IMG/VR virus record: IMGVR_UViG_3300044695_006401 | Reading direction: 5' to 3' (one strand) | From: a virus | Taxonomy: Duplodnaviria > Caudoviricetes | DNA length: 64,000 bases | Shown here: piece by piece, positions 56,292-64,000 of the stretch | How the letters are laid out: each line of letters starts with the position of its first letter | How positions within the stretch are numbered: the first letter of the stretch is position 1 | Translations under genes and position numbers: made by a program | The notes under the pieces: generated by a model | Told to the model about the DNA's origin: nothing | The model's database searches: none | Seen by the model: only the letters and a program-made list of their open reading frames with translations

Positions 56292-57423
56292 TAATAGTAA
56301 TTTTTTCCATAAAGAAGTTATAGTTTGTGGTTAACCTATCTTTGTGACCCTCAAATAACGGATCGTTAATAATGTTGTTTAACAAATATAAACCTTCATC
56401 ATATCTCTGAGTCCAATAACAAGAAACCGATAACTCATCATTAACATAATTATTATACGAGGTGTCATCCACAAATAGTATATATTTCTTTTTTACATCC
56501 TCAAGGGAAAGATTTTTGGCAATTTTCAAATGTTTGTAACCCATCTCAAAGTCACCAATCTGATTAAAATATAAACCTATTTTATAGTGTGGTTCGGCTC
56601 TGTCCGAAAATATATTAATAGCCCTTAACATTTCGTTATATATTTTTTCTCGATCAAAATTTAATTTCATCATACATATTGAAATTCTCATCTGAGACTC
56701 AAACAATTCTTCCACCCAAGCGTCTTTTAAGTTGGTATATAGTTTGTTCCACTTTAACGCTTCTTCAAACATACCATAGTCCATAAAACTTTGGGCCGCG
56801 TAGAATACGGATCTATAATTCAAACCATCAGGATCGTCAATCAAAGTATCCCAAAATTGTTTTTGGAGTCTTTCAGCGTCGTAATAATATTTCTTAGGGT
56901 CAAAGGCTCTTGACCCAACACCATCCGCAATCACATAACCACGATTGGATAAATCACCAGTCGTGTAATGGTCTTTATCTAAACATTTAATTATTGTGTG
57001 TGCAACGCCACAGAATTTCCACCTTAATCTGTTGTTGTAAATTACGGTTGCCTTCCATGTTGAGGTTCCTCGTTTCATCATCATGAAATAATTGTCATAA
57101 CCAACATCATCAAACCCAAAAGAAAAGTCACCTGCTAAAATATCATCAGCATCTAAATGTAAAACATAATCAGTTTTATCAAAAACATATTCCATCATCA
57201 TGTTTTTGTTTTTATCAAAACCAAACCACTCATCACGATGAATTTCACCAGGTATACCTGTACGATCCATGAACTCTTGTACAATATCTAATGTTCTATC
57301 AGTCGATCCGTTATCGGCAACAACCAAATAATCTATATATGGTGCAACCGCATCTAATACGGTTCCGATGATGTGTTCTTCATTTTTACACATCGTAGCA
57401 AATGCTAATGTTGGTCTATTCAT
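56278..57423 (-). CDS. GT2 glycosyltransferase with a C-terminal TPR-like region
   Basis: MCKNEEHII...DNGSTDRT...LHLDADD; helical C-terminus RSVFYAAQS...RAEPHY. Confidence 0.8.
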   Translation of the reverse strand: MNRPTLAFATMCKNEEHIIGTVLDAVAPYIDYLVVADNGSTDRTLDIVQEFMDRTGIPGEIHRDEWFGFDKNKNMMMEYVFDKTDYVLHLDADDILAGDFSFGFDDVGYDNYFMMMKRGTSTWKATVIYNNRLRWKFCGVAHTIIKCLDKDHYTTGDLSNRGYVIADGVGSRAFDPKKYYYDAERLQKQFWDTLIDDPDGLNYRSVFYAAQSFMDYGMFEEALKWNKLYTNLKDAWVEELFESQMRISICMMKLNFDREKIYNEMLRAINIFSDRAEPHYKIGLYFNQIGDFEMGYKHLKIAKNLSLEDVKKKYILFVDDTSYNNYVNDELSVSCYWTQRYDEGLYLLNNIINDPLFEGHKDRLTTNYNFFMEKITINETN

Positions 57424-58666
57424 AAATTTTGTTTAATATTTCTTCTTCTTGATAATATTTTTTGGTGTAGATCATGTTCTGAAATTTCTGAGAGTGTCCT
57501 ACCGAATCATCCCAATTCCAATCTTTTTTACCTAACTCTAATATTCTATTGTGTATTTGATTATCATAAAAATCTCTAATCAGTCTTGATCTACGATTAA
57601 TATCTACTGAGTTATTATCCACAGTACTATTTCTATCGTTCCATTGTAGATATAACATCTTTTTAATGTGTACTATTTCAGTATTTAAAAATGTTCTAAC
57701 AATCAATTCATAATCATCCGCAACGGGTGTATGAGTATTGTGACCTCCGATCTTATCATACACTCCTTTTTTCCAAACCCTAACATGATTTGGCATACTA
57801 ATATTAAACCTAATTGTGAGGGGATTAATATCGGGATAATGATGATTAATATATGTTTTTCCATCGACCTCCACATAAGTGTGACCTGCATACCCAAAGT
57901 CAAAATAGTTATCGTGTCTGGCATACCAATTACCTGAATAGTCATGATCATAAGTTTTCATCTCACCATCTTCATAAAGTTCACACACATCACTATACAT
58001 AAAACCAGCATTTGGAAACTGTAAACTTGCTTTATGACATTCCTCTAAACATGTTGAAATTAATGTATCATCATGATCTAACTCAACTAACCATTCACCA
58101 TTACAAAGTGATGTCGCTCGATGTTTAACCAAACCAATATTACCGTTACTTTGGGGTAATATGCGGTGTATCTTCACTCTAAAATCTTTTTCAGATATAT
58201 CTTTTATAATATTCCAAGTCGTACCATCATTTGAATCATCAACAATAACCCATTCCCAATCATCGACGGTTTGATTTTTTATACTTTCATAAGTTCTGAT
58301 TATTTTTCTACCTGTTTGAAAAGTTGGTGTGAAGATTGAAAACTTAGGTCTAATATTTTGACAATTTCTAAATGTTGATTGGCATACAACATCATTTGCT
58401 AAAATATTGTCGGGTGGAAAACTTAAATATCTAATTATTCTATTCGAAATAATTTTATTATTTGAGGAAACTCTGTTGTCGCAACCCATGATAATATCAG
58501 GTTGGTAAACCGAAAAATCTTTAATTATATCATCGCTAAAAGGTAATGAATAAATTATAACTTCCTCTAAAAGATTTTCTTCATAATATACATCAGATGT
58601 TAGAGTGAATGTACCTAACTCCCTCCAACCATAAACGATCGCGGATGGTTTTTTTGTTTTCATCAT
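57416..58666 (-). CDS. GT2 glycosyltransferase with an extra N-terminal region
   Basis: FSIFTPTF, EWVIVDDS, VELDHDD, ADDYELIVR. Confidence 0.82.
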   Translation of the reverse strand: MMKTKKPSAIVYGWRELGTFTLTSDVYYEENLLEEVIIYSLPFSDDIIKDFSVYQPDIIMGCDNRVSSNNKIISNRIIRYLSFPPDNILANDVVCQSTFRNCQNIRPKFSIFTPTFQTGRKIIRTYESIKNQTVDDWEWVIVDDSNDGTTWNIIKDISEKDFRVKIHRILPQSNGNIGLVKHRATSLCNGEWLVELDHDDTLISTCLEECHKASLQFPNAGFMYSDVCELYEDGEMKTYDHDYSGNWYARHDNYFDFGYAGHTYVEVDGKTYINHHYPDINPLTIRFNISMPNHVRVWKKGVYDKIGGHNTHTPVADDYELIVRTFLNTEIVHIKKMLYLQWNDRNSTVDNNSVDINRRSRLIRDFYDNQIHNRILELGKKDWNWDDSVGHSQKFQNMIYTKKYYQEEEILNKIYE

Positions 58667-59247
58667 TTTTCAGTATCAAAAAAGAATGTTTGAAATAAAC
58701 GGCCATCATAAATGTCTTGACCAAAATAATCCAAGGAAATGTGAAAATGATCACCCCTATAAAGAACCAAACGATTATAAACATTTCCAATTCTATCAAC
58801 TAATTCCCATTTAGTCATGTCTTGTGAATCTTTATATATTTGATTTAATATATCCATATTATAGGATCCGTCCTCATTTTTAGGTGCCATTGTTAGACCT
58901 GTTGGTTTATGTTTAAATAAACCAGTGCCTGAACTTAGTGGAGCATCTGGGGTTAAATAACATACTCCAGCCCATTTAGTTGTTTGATCTGCGTGGATCC
59001 AACTACGATCTTTAGATGTTGTAAATTGGTATGACCCTGTATATTGTTCTTCAGACCAATAAGTTACTTTTCCATAATATGGGAATACAACAGATTCTAT
59101 AACATCTTTCATAGAATCGTTTAAAAAAGATTTGGTTCTCCTACCTGGATAATTACCACTTACAGGGTAATCTTGCTGTAGTGCGAACTTTCTAACTTCA
59201 TCAACATCTGAGTAAAAGTCATCAATAATATAAGTGGATATTTGCAT
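58663..59247 (-). CDS. DUF6445-like 2OG-Fe(II) oxygenase-fold protein
   Basis: IIDDFYSD...GNYPGRRT...WIHAD...WAGVCYL...SGT...YNRLVLY...FH. Confidence 0.68.
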   Translation of the reverse strand: MQISTYIIDDFYSDVDEVRKFALQQDYPVSGNYPGRRTKSFLNDSMKDVIESVVFPYYGKVTYWSEEQYTGSYQFTTSKDRSWIHADQTTKWAGVCYLTPDAPLSSGTGLFKHKPTGLTMAPKNEDGSYNMDILNQIYKDSQDMTKWELVDRIGNVYNRLVLYRGDHFHISLDYFGQDIYDGRLFQTFFFDTEK

Positions 59248-59293
59248 ATTTTTATTGTAAAAATATGAAATGTTTAAGTTAAATAAATAGAAG

Positions 59294-59746
59294 TTAACAA
59301 GGACCTTGATAAACTAAAGTAGATCCATTCCATTGGTAACAATCGTTCCCATCTGAATAAAATCCACTTGGTGCTGGAGTAGTACATTGATCCTCATCAA
59401 ATATTCCAGTGGCAAATGCTAATAAACATGGGTCATCCTGACAAGTTCGTTTCAAATAAACACTTCTTATATCATTACACTCACAAGACTTTCTACAATC
59501 ATCTCTGTCAAAACATAAGTTAGCAGGACAACAGTCAGGTACACATGTAGGTGTTGGAGTAGGTGTTGGTCTTGGAGTAGGTGTTGGTCCTCCAGGTGTT
59601 GGTGTTGGTGTTGGTGTTGGGGTAGGTGTTGGACAAAATGGGTTGTCATCCCAAAATTTTATATCTCCACCAGCACCCGCTAATAAATTATTAACCGCAT
59701 TTATATTACCACATAATACATCATTAAGTTTAGTTATATTACCCAT
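59294..59746 (-). CDS. Cys-rich protein with a Pro-Thr linker
   Basis: 150 aa; PTPTPT run, then CVPDCCPANLC...C..SCEC...C...C...C...C...C. Confidence 0.7.
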   Translation of the reverse strand: MGNITKLNDVLCGNINAVNNLLAGAGGDIKFWDDNPFCPTPTPTPTPTPTPGGPTPTPRPTPTPTPTCVPDCCPANLCFDRDDCRKSCECNDIRSVYLKRTCQDDPCLLAFATGIFDEDQCTTPAPSGFYSDGNDCYQWNGSTLVYQGPC

Positions 59747-59753
59747 ATTAACA

Positions 59754-62700
59754 TCATACTAATTCAATCCAATCTTGTGAAGGATTAAAGTAAATTATAT
59801 CAGCTGAAATCGCATAACCAACAACTCTTACTATGTCACTAGTGCCCGATGGTTGAGTGGATGTTATATCTCCATCGGTAGTTGATAAATACAACACTTG
59901 ACCTGGAGTCCAGTTCCATGCCGATCTATATGCATAACCTCGTAACATCATACCCGAGTTGAATTGAACACCTATCGCCATTCCAAGTAGACCCTGAGCG
60001 GTTGCAGAACTATCAGCATCCGCAAGTGCCCATGCTGAACCACTTGTCCAATAGTATACATTATATTTAGTTGAGGTTCCGCTACCACCAAATGTTACAA
60101 GTTCGCCATAATAATCATCGATAGTCATGAGTGTGGTCGGATCAGTCGCTAATCTCCATTCACCCTCTAATAAGGTTGTTGAACTAGTATTAGCTCTAAA
60201 CAAGTTAGCACCTGTATTAATGGTAAAGGCGGCACTTGAGTTCGCTGAATTCGATGTACCGTTTGCAACTAAAATATTATTAGCAGTAGTTGGAGAAATT
60301 GATGTAAATCCTGCACCTTGGGCCCCTTGTGCCCCCTGTGGACCAGGACCTCCCGTTGCACCTTGAGCCCCTTGGGCTCCAGTTGCCCCTAATCCCGCAG
60401 GTCCAGTTGGTCCTTGTGCTCCTTGAGGTCCAGGTCCGCCTGTCGCTCCTTGTGCTCCTTGAGGTCCAGGACCGCCTGTAGCTCCTTGTGCTCCTTGAGG
60501 TCCAGGACCACCTGTTGCTCCTTGAGCTCCGGTCGCTCCTTGGGCACCTTGAGGTCCAGGTCCGCCTGTTGCTCCTTGTGCACCTTGAGGTCCAGGTCCG
60601 CCTGTTGCTCCTTGGGCACCTTGAGGTCCAGGTCCGCCTGTTGCTCCTTGAGCTCCGGTCGCTCCTTGTGCACCTTGAGGTCCAGGTCCGCCTGTTGCTC
60701 CTTGTGCTCCGGTTGCTCCTTGTGCTCCGTTAACTCCGCTAGTTCCATTTGTTCCTGAAGTACCAGCAGCACCTTGTGCTCCGGTTGCTCCTTGTGCTCC
60801 AGTTGCTCCTTGTGCTCCGGTTGCTCCTTGTGCTCCGTTAACGCCTGAAGTACCTCTCGTACCGCTAGTTCCATTTGTTCCTGAAGTACCAGCGGCCCCT
60901 TGTGCTCCGGTTGCTCCTTGTGCTCCAGTTGCTCCTTGTGCTCCGTTAACTCCGCTAGTTCCATTTGTTCCTGAAGTACCAGCGGCCCCTTGTGCTCCGG
61001 TTGCTCCTTGTGCTCCAGTTGCTCCTTGTGCTCCGTTAACTCCGCTAGTTCCATTTGTTCCTGAAGTGCCAGCGGCTCCTTGTGCTCCAGTTGCACCTTG
61101 TGCTCCAGTCGCTCCTTGTGCTCCGTTAACTCCGCTAGTTCCATTTGTTCCTGAAGTGCCAGCAGCTCCTTGTGCTCCAGTTGCACCTTGTGCTCCGGTT
61201 GCTCCTTGTGCTCCGGTTGCTCCTTGTGCTCCGTTAACTCCGCTAGTTCCATTTGTTCCTGAAGTACCAGCAGCACCTTGTGCTCCGGTTGCTCCTTGTG
61301 CTCCAGTTGCTCCTTGTGCTCCGGTTGCTCCTTGTGCTCCGTTAACGCCTGAAGTACCTCTCGTACCGCTAGTTCCATTTGTTCCTGAAGTACCAGCGGC
61401 CCCTTGTGCTCCGGTTGCTCCTTGTGCTCCAGTTGCTCCTTGTGCTCCGTTAACTCCGCTAGTTCCATTTGTTCCTGAAGTACCAGCGGCCCCTTGTGCT
61501 CCGGTTGCTCCTTGTGCTCCAGTTGCTCCTTGTGCTCCGTTAACTCCGCTAGTTCCATTTGTTCCTGAAGTGCCAGCGGCTCCTTGTGCTCCAGTTGCAC
61601 CTTGTGCTCCAGTCGCTCCTTGTGCTCCGTTAACTCCGCTAGTTCCATTTGTTCCTGAAGTACCAGCGGCTCCTTGTGCTCCAGTTGCTCCTTGTGCTCC
61701 GTTAACACCTGATGTTCCTCTCGTACCGCTAGTACCGTTTGTTCCTGAAGTCCCATTCGTTCCATTTGTACCTGACGTTCCGTTAGTCCCGTTTGTTCCA
61801 TTTGTCCCGTTAGTACCTGACGTACCATTTGTTCCGCTAGTACCGTTTGTTCCTGACGTTCCATTTGTACCGTTTGTACCTGAAGTACCATTGGTTCCAC
61901 TTGTGCCGTTAGTTCCGTTAGTACCTGAAGTTCCATTTGTACCATTTGTTCCCGAAGTTCCGTTAGTTCCTGATGTGCCATTTGTTCCTGATGTTCCATT
62001 TGTACCACTTGTGCCGTTTGTTCCTGATGTTCCATTAGTACCATTGGTACCTGATGTTCCGTTTGTACCATTCGTCCCATTAGTTCCTGACGTTCCGTTT
62101 GTGCCATTCGTTCCTGATGTACCTCTTGTACCTGACGTACCGTTTGTTCCATTCGTTCCGCTAGTACCATTTGTTCCTGAAGTTCCGTTGGTTCCATTAG
62201 TCCCCGATGTTCCATTGGTTCCGTTGGTACCTGATGTGCCATTAGTTCCATTTGTTCCTGATGTTCCGTTTGTACCATTAGTACCTGAAGTGCCGGCAGC
62301 ACCTTGAGCTCCCTGAGGTCCAGTTGGTCCTTGTGCTCCCTGAGGTCCAGTCGCGCCTTGTGCTCCAACCGCACCTTGAGCTCCCTGAGGTCCAGTTGCG
62401 CCTTGTGCTCCGTTTACTCCTGATGTACCATTAGTACCTGAAGTACCCGCAGCCCCTTGAGCTCCTTGTGGTCCAGTCGCCCCTTGAGCGCCTTGTGGTC
62501 CAGTGGCACCTTGTGCCCCATTTACTCCTGATGTTCCGTTTGTCCCCGATGTACCATTTGTACCATTAAGACCACTTACTCCCGAAGTACCATTAGTTCC
62601 TGATGTACCATTAGTTCCGTTCGTACCTGAAGTCCCATTAGTACCATTAGTTCCCGAAGTTCCGTTTGTTCCATTAGTTCCTGATGTTCCTCTTGTCCCT

Positions 62701-64000
62701 GAAGTTCCATTGGTTCCTGAAGTGCCGTTTGTTCCACTAGTACCATTTGTACCATTAGTTCCTGATGTTCCGTTTGTTCCACTAGTACCATTTGTTCCAC
62801 TAGTACCATTTGTACCTGAAGTACCATTTGTCCCATTCGTTCCGCTAGTTCCGTTAGTTCCATTAGTACCGCTAGTTCCGTTCGTTCCTGATGTACCGTT
62901 TGTACCATTAGTTCCGTTAGTTCCTGAAGTTCCATTTGTACCGTTTGTTCCACTTGTACCATTTGTCCCCGAAGTCCCGTTGGTTCCATTAGTTCCTGAT
63001 GTTCCTCGTGTCCCTGATGTTCCATTCGTTCCGCTAGTACCGTTAGTTCCCGATGTTCCATTAGTACCGTTGGTGCCACTTGAACCATTCGTTCCCGATG
63101 TTCCATTAGTACCGCTCGTACCGTTAGTACCATTCGTTCCACTAGTACCGTTAGTTCCCGAAGTACCGTTAGTACCTGAAGTCCCATTAGTTCCATTTGT
63201 TCCTGAAGTACCATTAGTACCGTTTGTACCTGAAGTACCATTAGTTCCACTTGACCCGTTTGTCCCTGAAGTACCATTTGTCCCACTAGTTCCATTTGTT
63301 CCTGATGTACCATTGGTTCCATTTGTTCCCGATGTACCGTTTGTACCTGATGTTCCATTAGTTCCTGAAGTACCATTCGTGCCTGAGGTTCCATTTGTTC
63401 CGTTAGTTCCGCTTGTACCATTAGTCCCGTTTGTGCCTGATGTTCCATTAGTTCCGCTTGTACCATTAGTCCCGTTAGTACCATTTGTACCGGATGTTCC
63501 TCTTGTGCCAGAAGTCCCGTTCGTTCCGCTAGTACCGTTTGTACCATTCGTTCCTGAAGTTCCATTTGTGCCTGATGTGCCGTTAGTTCCATTGGTTCCC
63601 GAAGTTCCATTAGTACCTGAAGTACCATTTGTCCCGTTTGTACCGCTAGTACCATTAGTTCCCGATGTTCCATTAGTACCATTCGTACCTGAGGTTCCAT
63701 TTACACCACTTGTTCCATTTGTTCCGTTTGTACCAGAAGTCCCATTAGTTCCACTTGTACCGTTGGTTCCACTTGAACCATTTGTTCCTGAAGTCCCGTT
63801 GGTACCATTTGTTCCTGAAGTCCCGTTGGTACCATTTGTTCCGTTAGTTCCTGATGTTCCATTCGTTCCGCTAGTACCGTTAGTTCCATTAGTACCTGAT
63901 GTTCCGTTAGTACCACTCGTACCATTTGTACCGTTAGTTCCTGAAGTTCCATTAGTACCGCTTGTTCCGTTAGTTCCTGAAGTACCATTCGTGCCTGAGG
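59754..64000 (-). CDS. giant Gly-X-Y (collagen-like) fibre protein, 5'-truncated, more than 1414 aa
   Basis: One frame (codon starts at 63998 ... 60203) gave no stop in my reading until 59754. [15 protein letters not shown] triplets lead into a ~185-aa globular C-terminus. The track shows only the tail (TTG 60203) and shadow frames. Confidence 0.88.
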   Translation of the reverse strand, partial: SGTNGTSGTNGTSGTNGTSGTNGTNGTSGTNGTSGTNGTNGTSGTNGTSGTNGTNGTNGTSGTNGTNGTSGTNGSSGTNGTSGTNGTSGTNGTNGTSGVNGTSGTNGTNGTSGTNGTSGTNGTNGTSGTNGTSGTNGTNGTSGTNGTSGTNGTNGTSGTNGTSGTRGTSGTNGTNGTNGTSGTNGTSGTNGTNGTSGTNGTNGTSGTNGTSGTNGTSGTNGTSGTNGTNGTSGTNGTSGTNGTSGTNGSSGTNGTSGTNGTNGTSGTNGTNGTSGTNGTSGTNGTSGTNGTNGTSGTNGTSGTNGSSGTNGTNGTSGTNGTSGTNGTSGTRGTSGTNGTNGTSGTNGTSGTNGTNGTSGTNGTNGTNGTSGTNGTSGTNGTNGTSGTNGTNGTSGTNGTSGTNGTSGTNGTSGTNGTNGTSGTNGTSGTNGTSGTRGTSGTNGTNGTSGTNGTNGTSGTNGTNGTSGTNGTSGVSGLNGTNGTSGTNGTSGVNGAQGATGPQGAQGATGPQGAQGAAGTSGTNGTSGVNGAQGATGPQGAQGAVGAQGATGPQGAQGPTGPQGAQGAAGTSGTNGTNGTSGTNGTNGTSGTNGTNGTSGTNGTNGTSGTNGTSGTNGTNGTSGTRGTSGTNGTNGTSGTNGTNGTNGTSGTNGTNGTSGTNGTSGTNGTSGTNGTSGTNGTSGTNGTNGTSGTNGTNGTSGTNGTSGTNGTNGTSGTNGTSGTNGTSGTNGTNGTNGTNGTSGTNGTNGTSGTNGTSGTRGTSGVNGAQGATGAQGAAGTSGTNGTSGVNGAQGATGAQGATGAQGAAGTSGTNGTSGVNGAQGATGAQGATGAQGAAGTSGTNGTSGVNGAQGATGAQGATGAQGAAGTSGTNGTSGTRGTSGVNGAQGATGAQGATGAQGATGAQGAAGTSGTNGTSGVNGAQGATGAQGATGAQGATGAQGAAGTSGTNGTSGVNGAQGATGAQGATGAQGAAGTSGTNGTSGVNGAQGATGAQGATGAQGAAGTSGTNGTSGVNGAQGATGAQGATGAQGAAGTSGTNGTSGTRGTSGVNGAQGATGAQGATGAQGATGAQGAAGTSGTNGTSGVNGAQGATGAQGATGGPGPQGAQGATGAQGATGGPGPQGAQGATGGPGPQGAQGATGGPGPQGAQGATGAQGATGGPGPQGAQGATGGPGPQGAQGATGGPGPQGAQGPTGPAGLGATGAQGAQGATGGPGPQGAQGAQGAGFTSISPTTANNILVANGTSNSANSSAAFTINTGANLFRANTSSTTLLEGEWRLATDPTTLMTIDDYYGELVTFGGSGTSTKYNVYYWTSGSAWALADADSSATAQGLLGMAIGVQFNSGMMLRGYAYRSAWNWTPGQVLYLSTTDGDITSTQPSGTSDIVRVVGYAISADIIYFNPSQDWIELV
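60318..63995. repeat. 9-bp-periodic coding repeat array with higher-order blocks
   Basis: 63995 to 60396 is exactly 3600 nt (400 triplets), then a 2-residue GL break and 8 more triplets. Near-identical higher-order blocks occur at 60.4-61.7 kb. Confidence 0.9.

Noticed and set aside
60389-63988. Long track ORFs 60389..62374, 62576..63700, 63701..63988 (-) and 60414, 60488, 61066..62307 (+)
   Set aside because: They are shifted-frame or antisense shadows of the Gly-X-Y gene; their 3-residue periodicity is what GGN-ACN-type codons produce out of frame.
62570-63995. Ice-binding/antifreeze role for the Thr-rich GTN/GTS repeats
   Set aside because: It rests only on analogy to Gly-X-X antifreeze proteins; the virion-gene context explains the repeat more simply.

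Overview
AT-rich 64 kb segment of a large T4-like phage genome. It carries the terminase, portal, prohead protease, scaffold, gp23-like major capsid protein, a gp55-like sigma factor and PhoH. Several independent signals point to a Bacteroidota (Flavobacteriia-like) host: TTTG-N18-20-TAnnTTTG promoters, A-rich starts without Shine-Dalgarno (SD) sites, Bacteroidota-type bS21 and ClpC, and signal peptides followed by Gln. Layout: (i) 1.0-19.5 kb, a soluble glycan cluster with about 12 glycosyltransferase-like genes, a predicted GDP-colitose/fucose pathway (gmd, colD, fcl/colC), an epimerase and an AsnB-like amidotransferase, interleaved with dUTPase, a PolB-type exonuclease and PhoH. (ii) 19.5-40.8 kb, late sigma factor, baseplate/structural genes and the head module, which contains ribosomal protein bS21. 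(iii) 39.5-48.4 kb, nucleotidyltransferase, KTSC protein, ClpC without an N-domain, M28-like peptidase, a tmRNA with an unusual tag, exported proteins and proteins sharing a conserved N-terminal leader. (iv) 48.4-64 kb, fibre/lectin genes and a second modification cluster (Aah/TibC-like transferase, two 2OG-Fe(II) oxygenases, GT2-TPR, mutase-like flavoprotein) beside a Gly-X-Y repeat protein of more than 1400 aa that the ORF track misses. Strongest leads: the phage bS21 gene is the only inspected start with a canonical SD and keeps Tyr54, suggesting the host anti-SD autoregulation circuit was captured; the tmRNA tag is a 21-aa non-canonical peptide near a phage ClpC; and there is a candidate virion/collagen glycosylation system. 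All annotations come from motif recognition by eye; no database searches were run.
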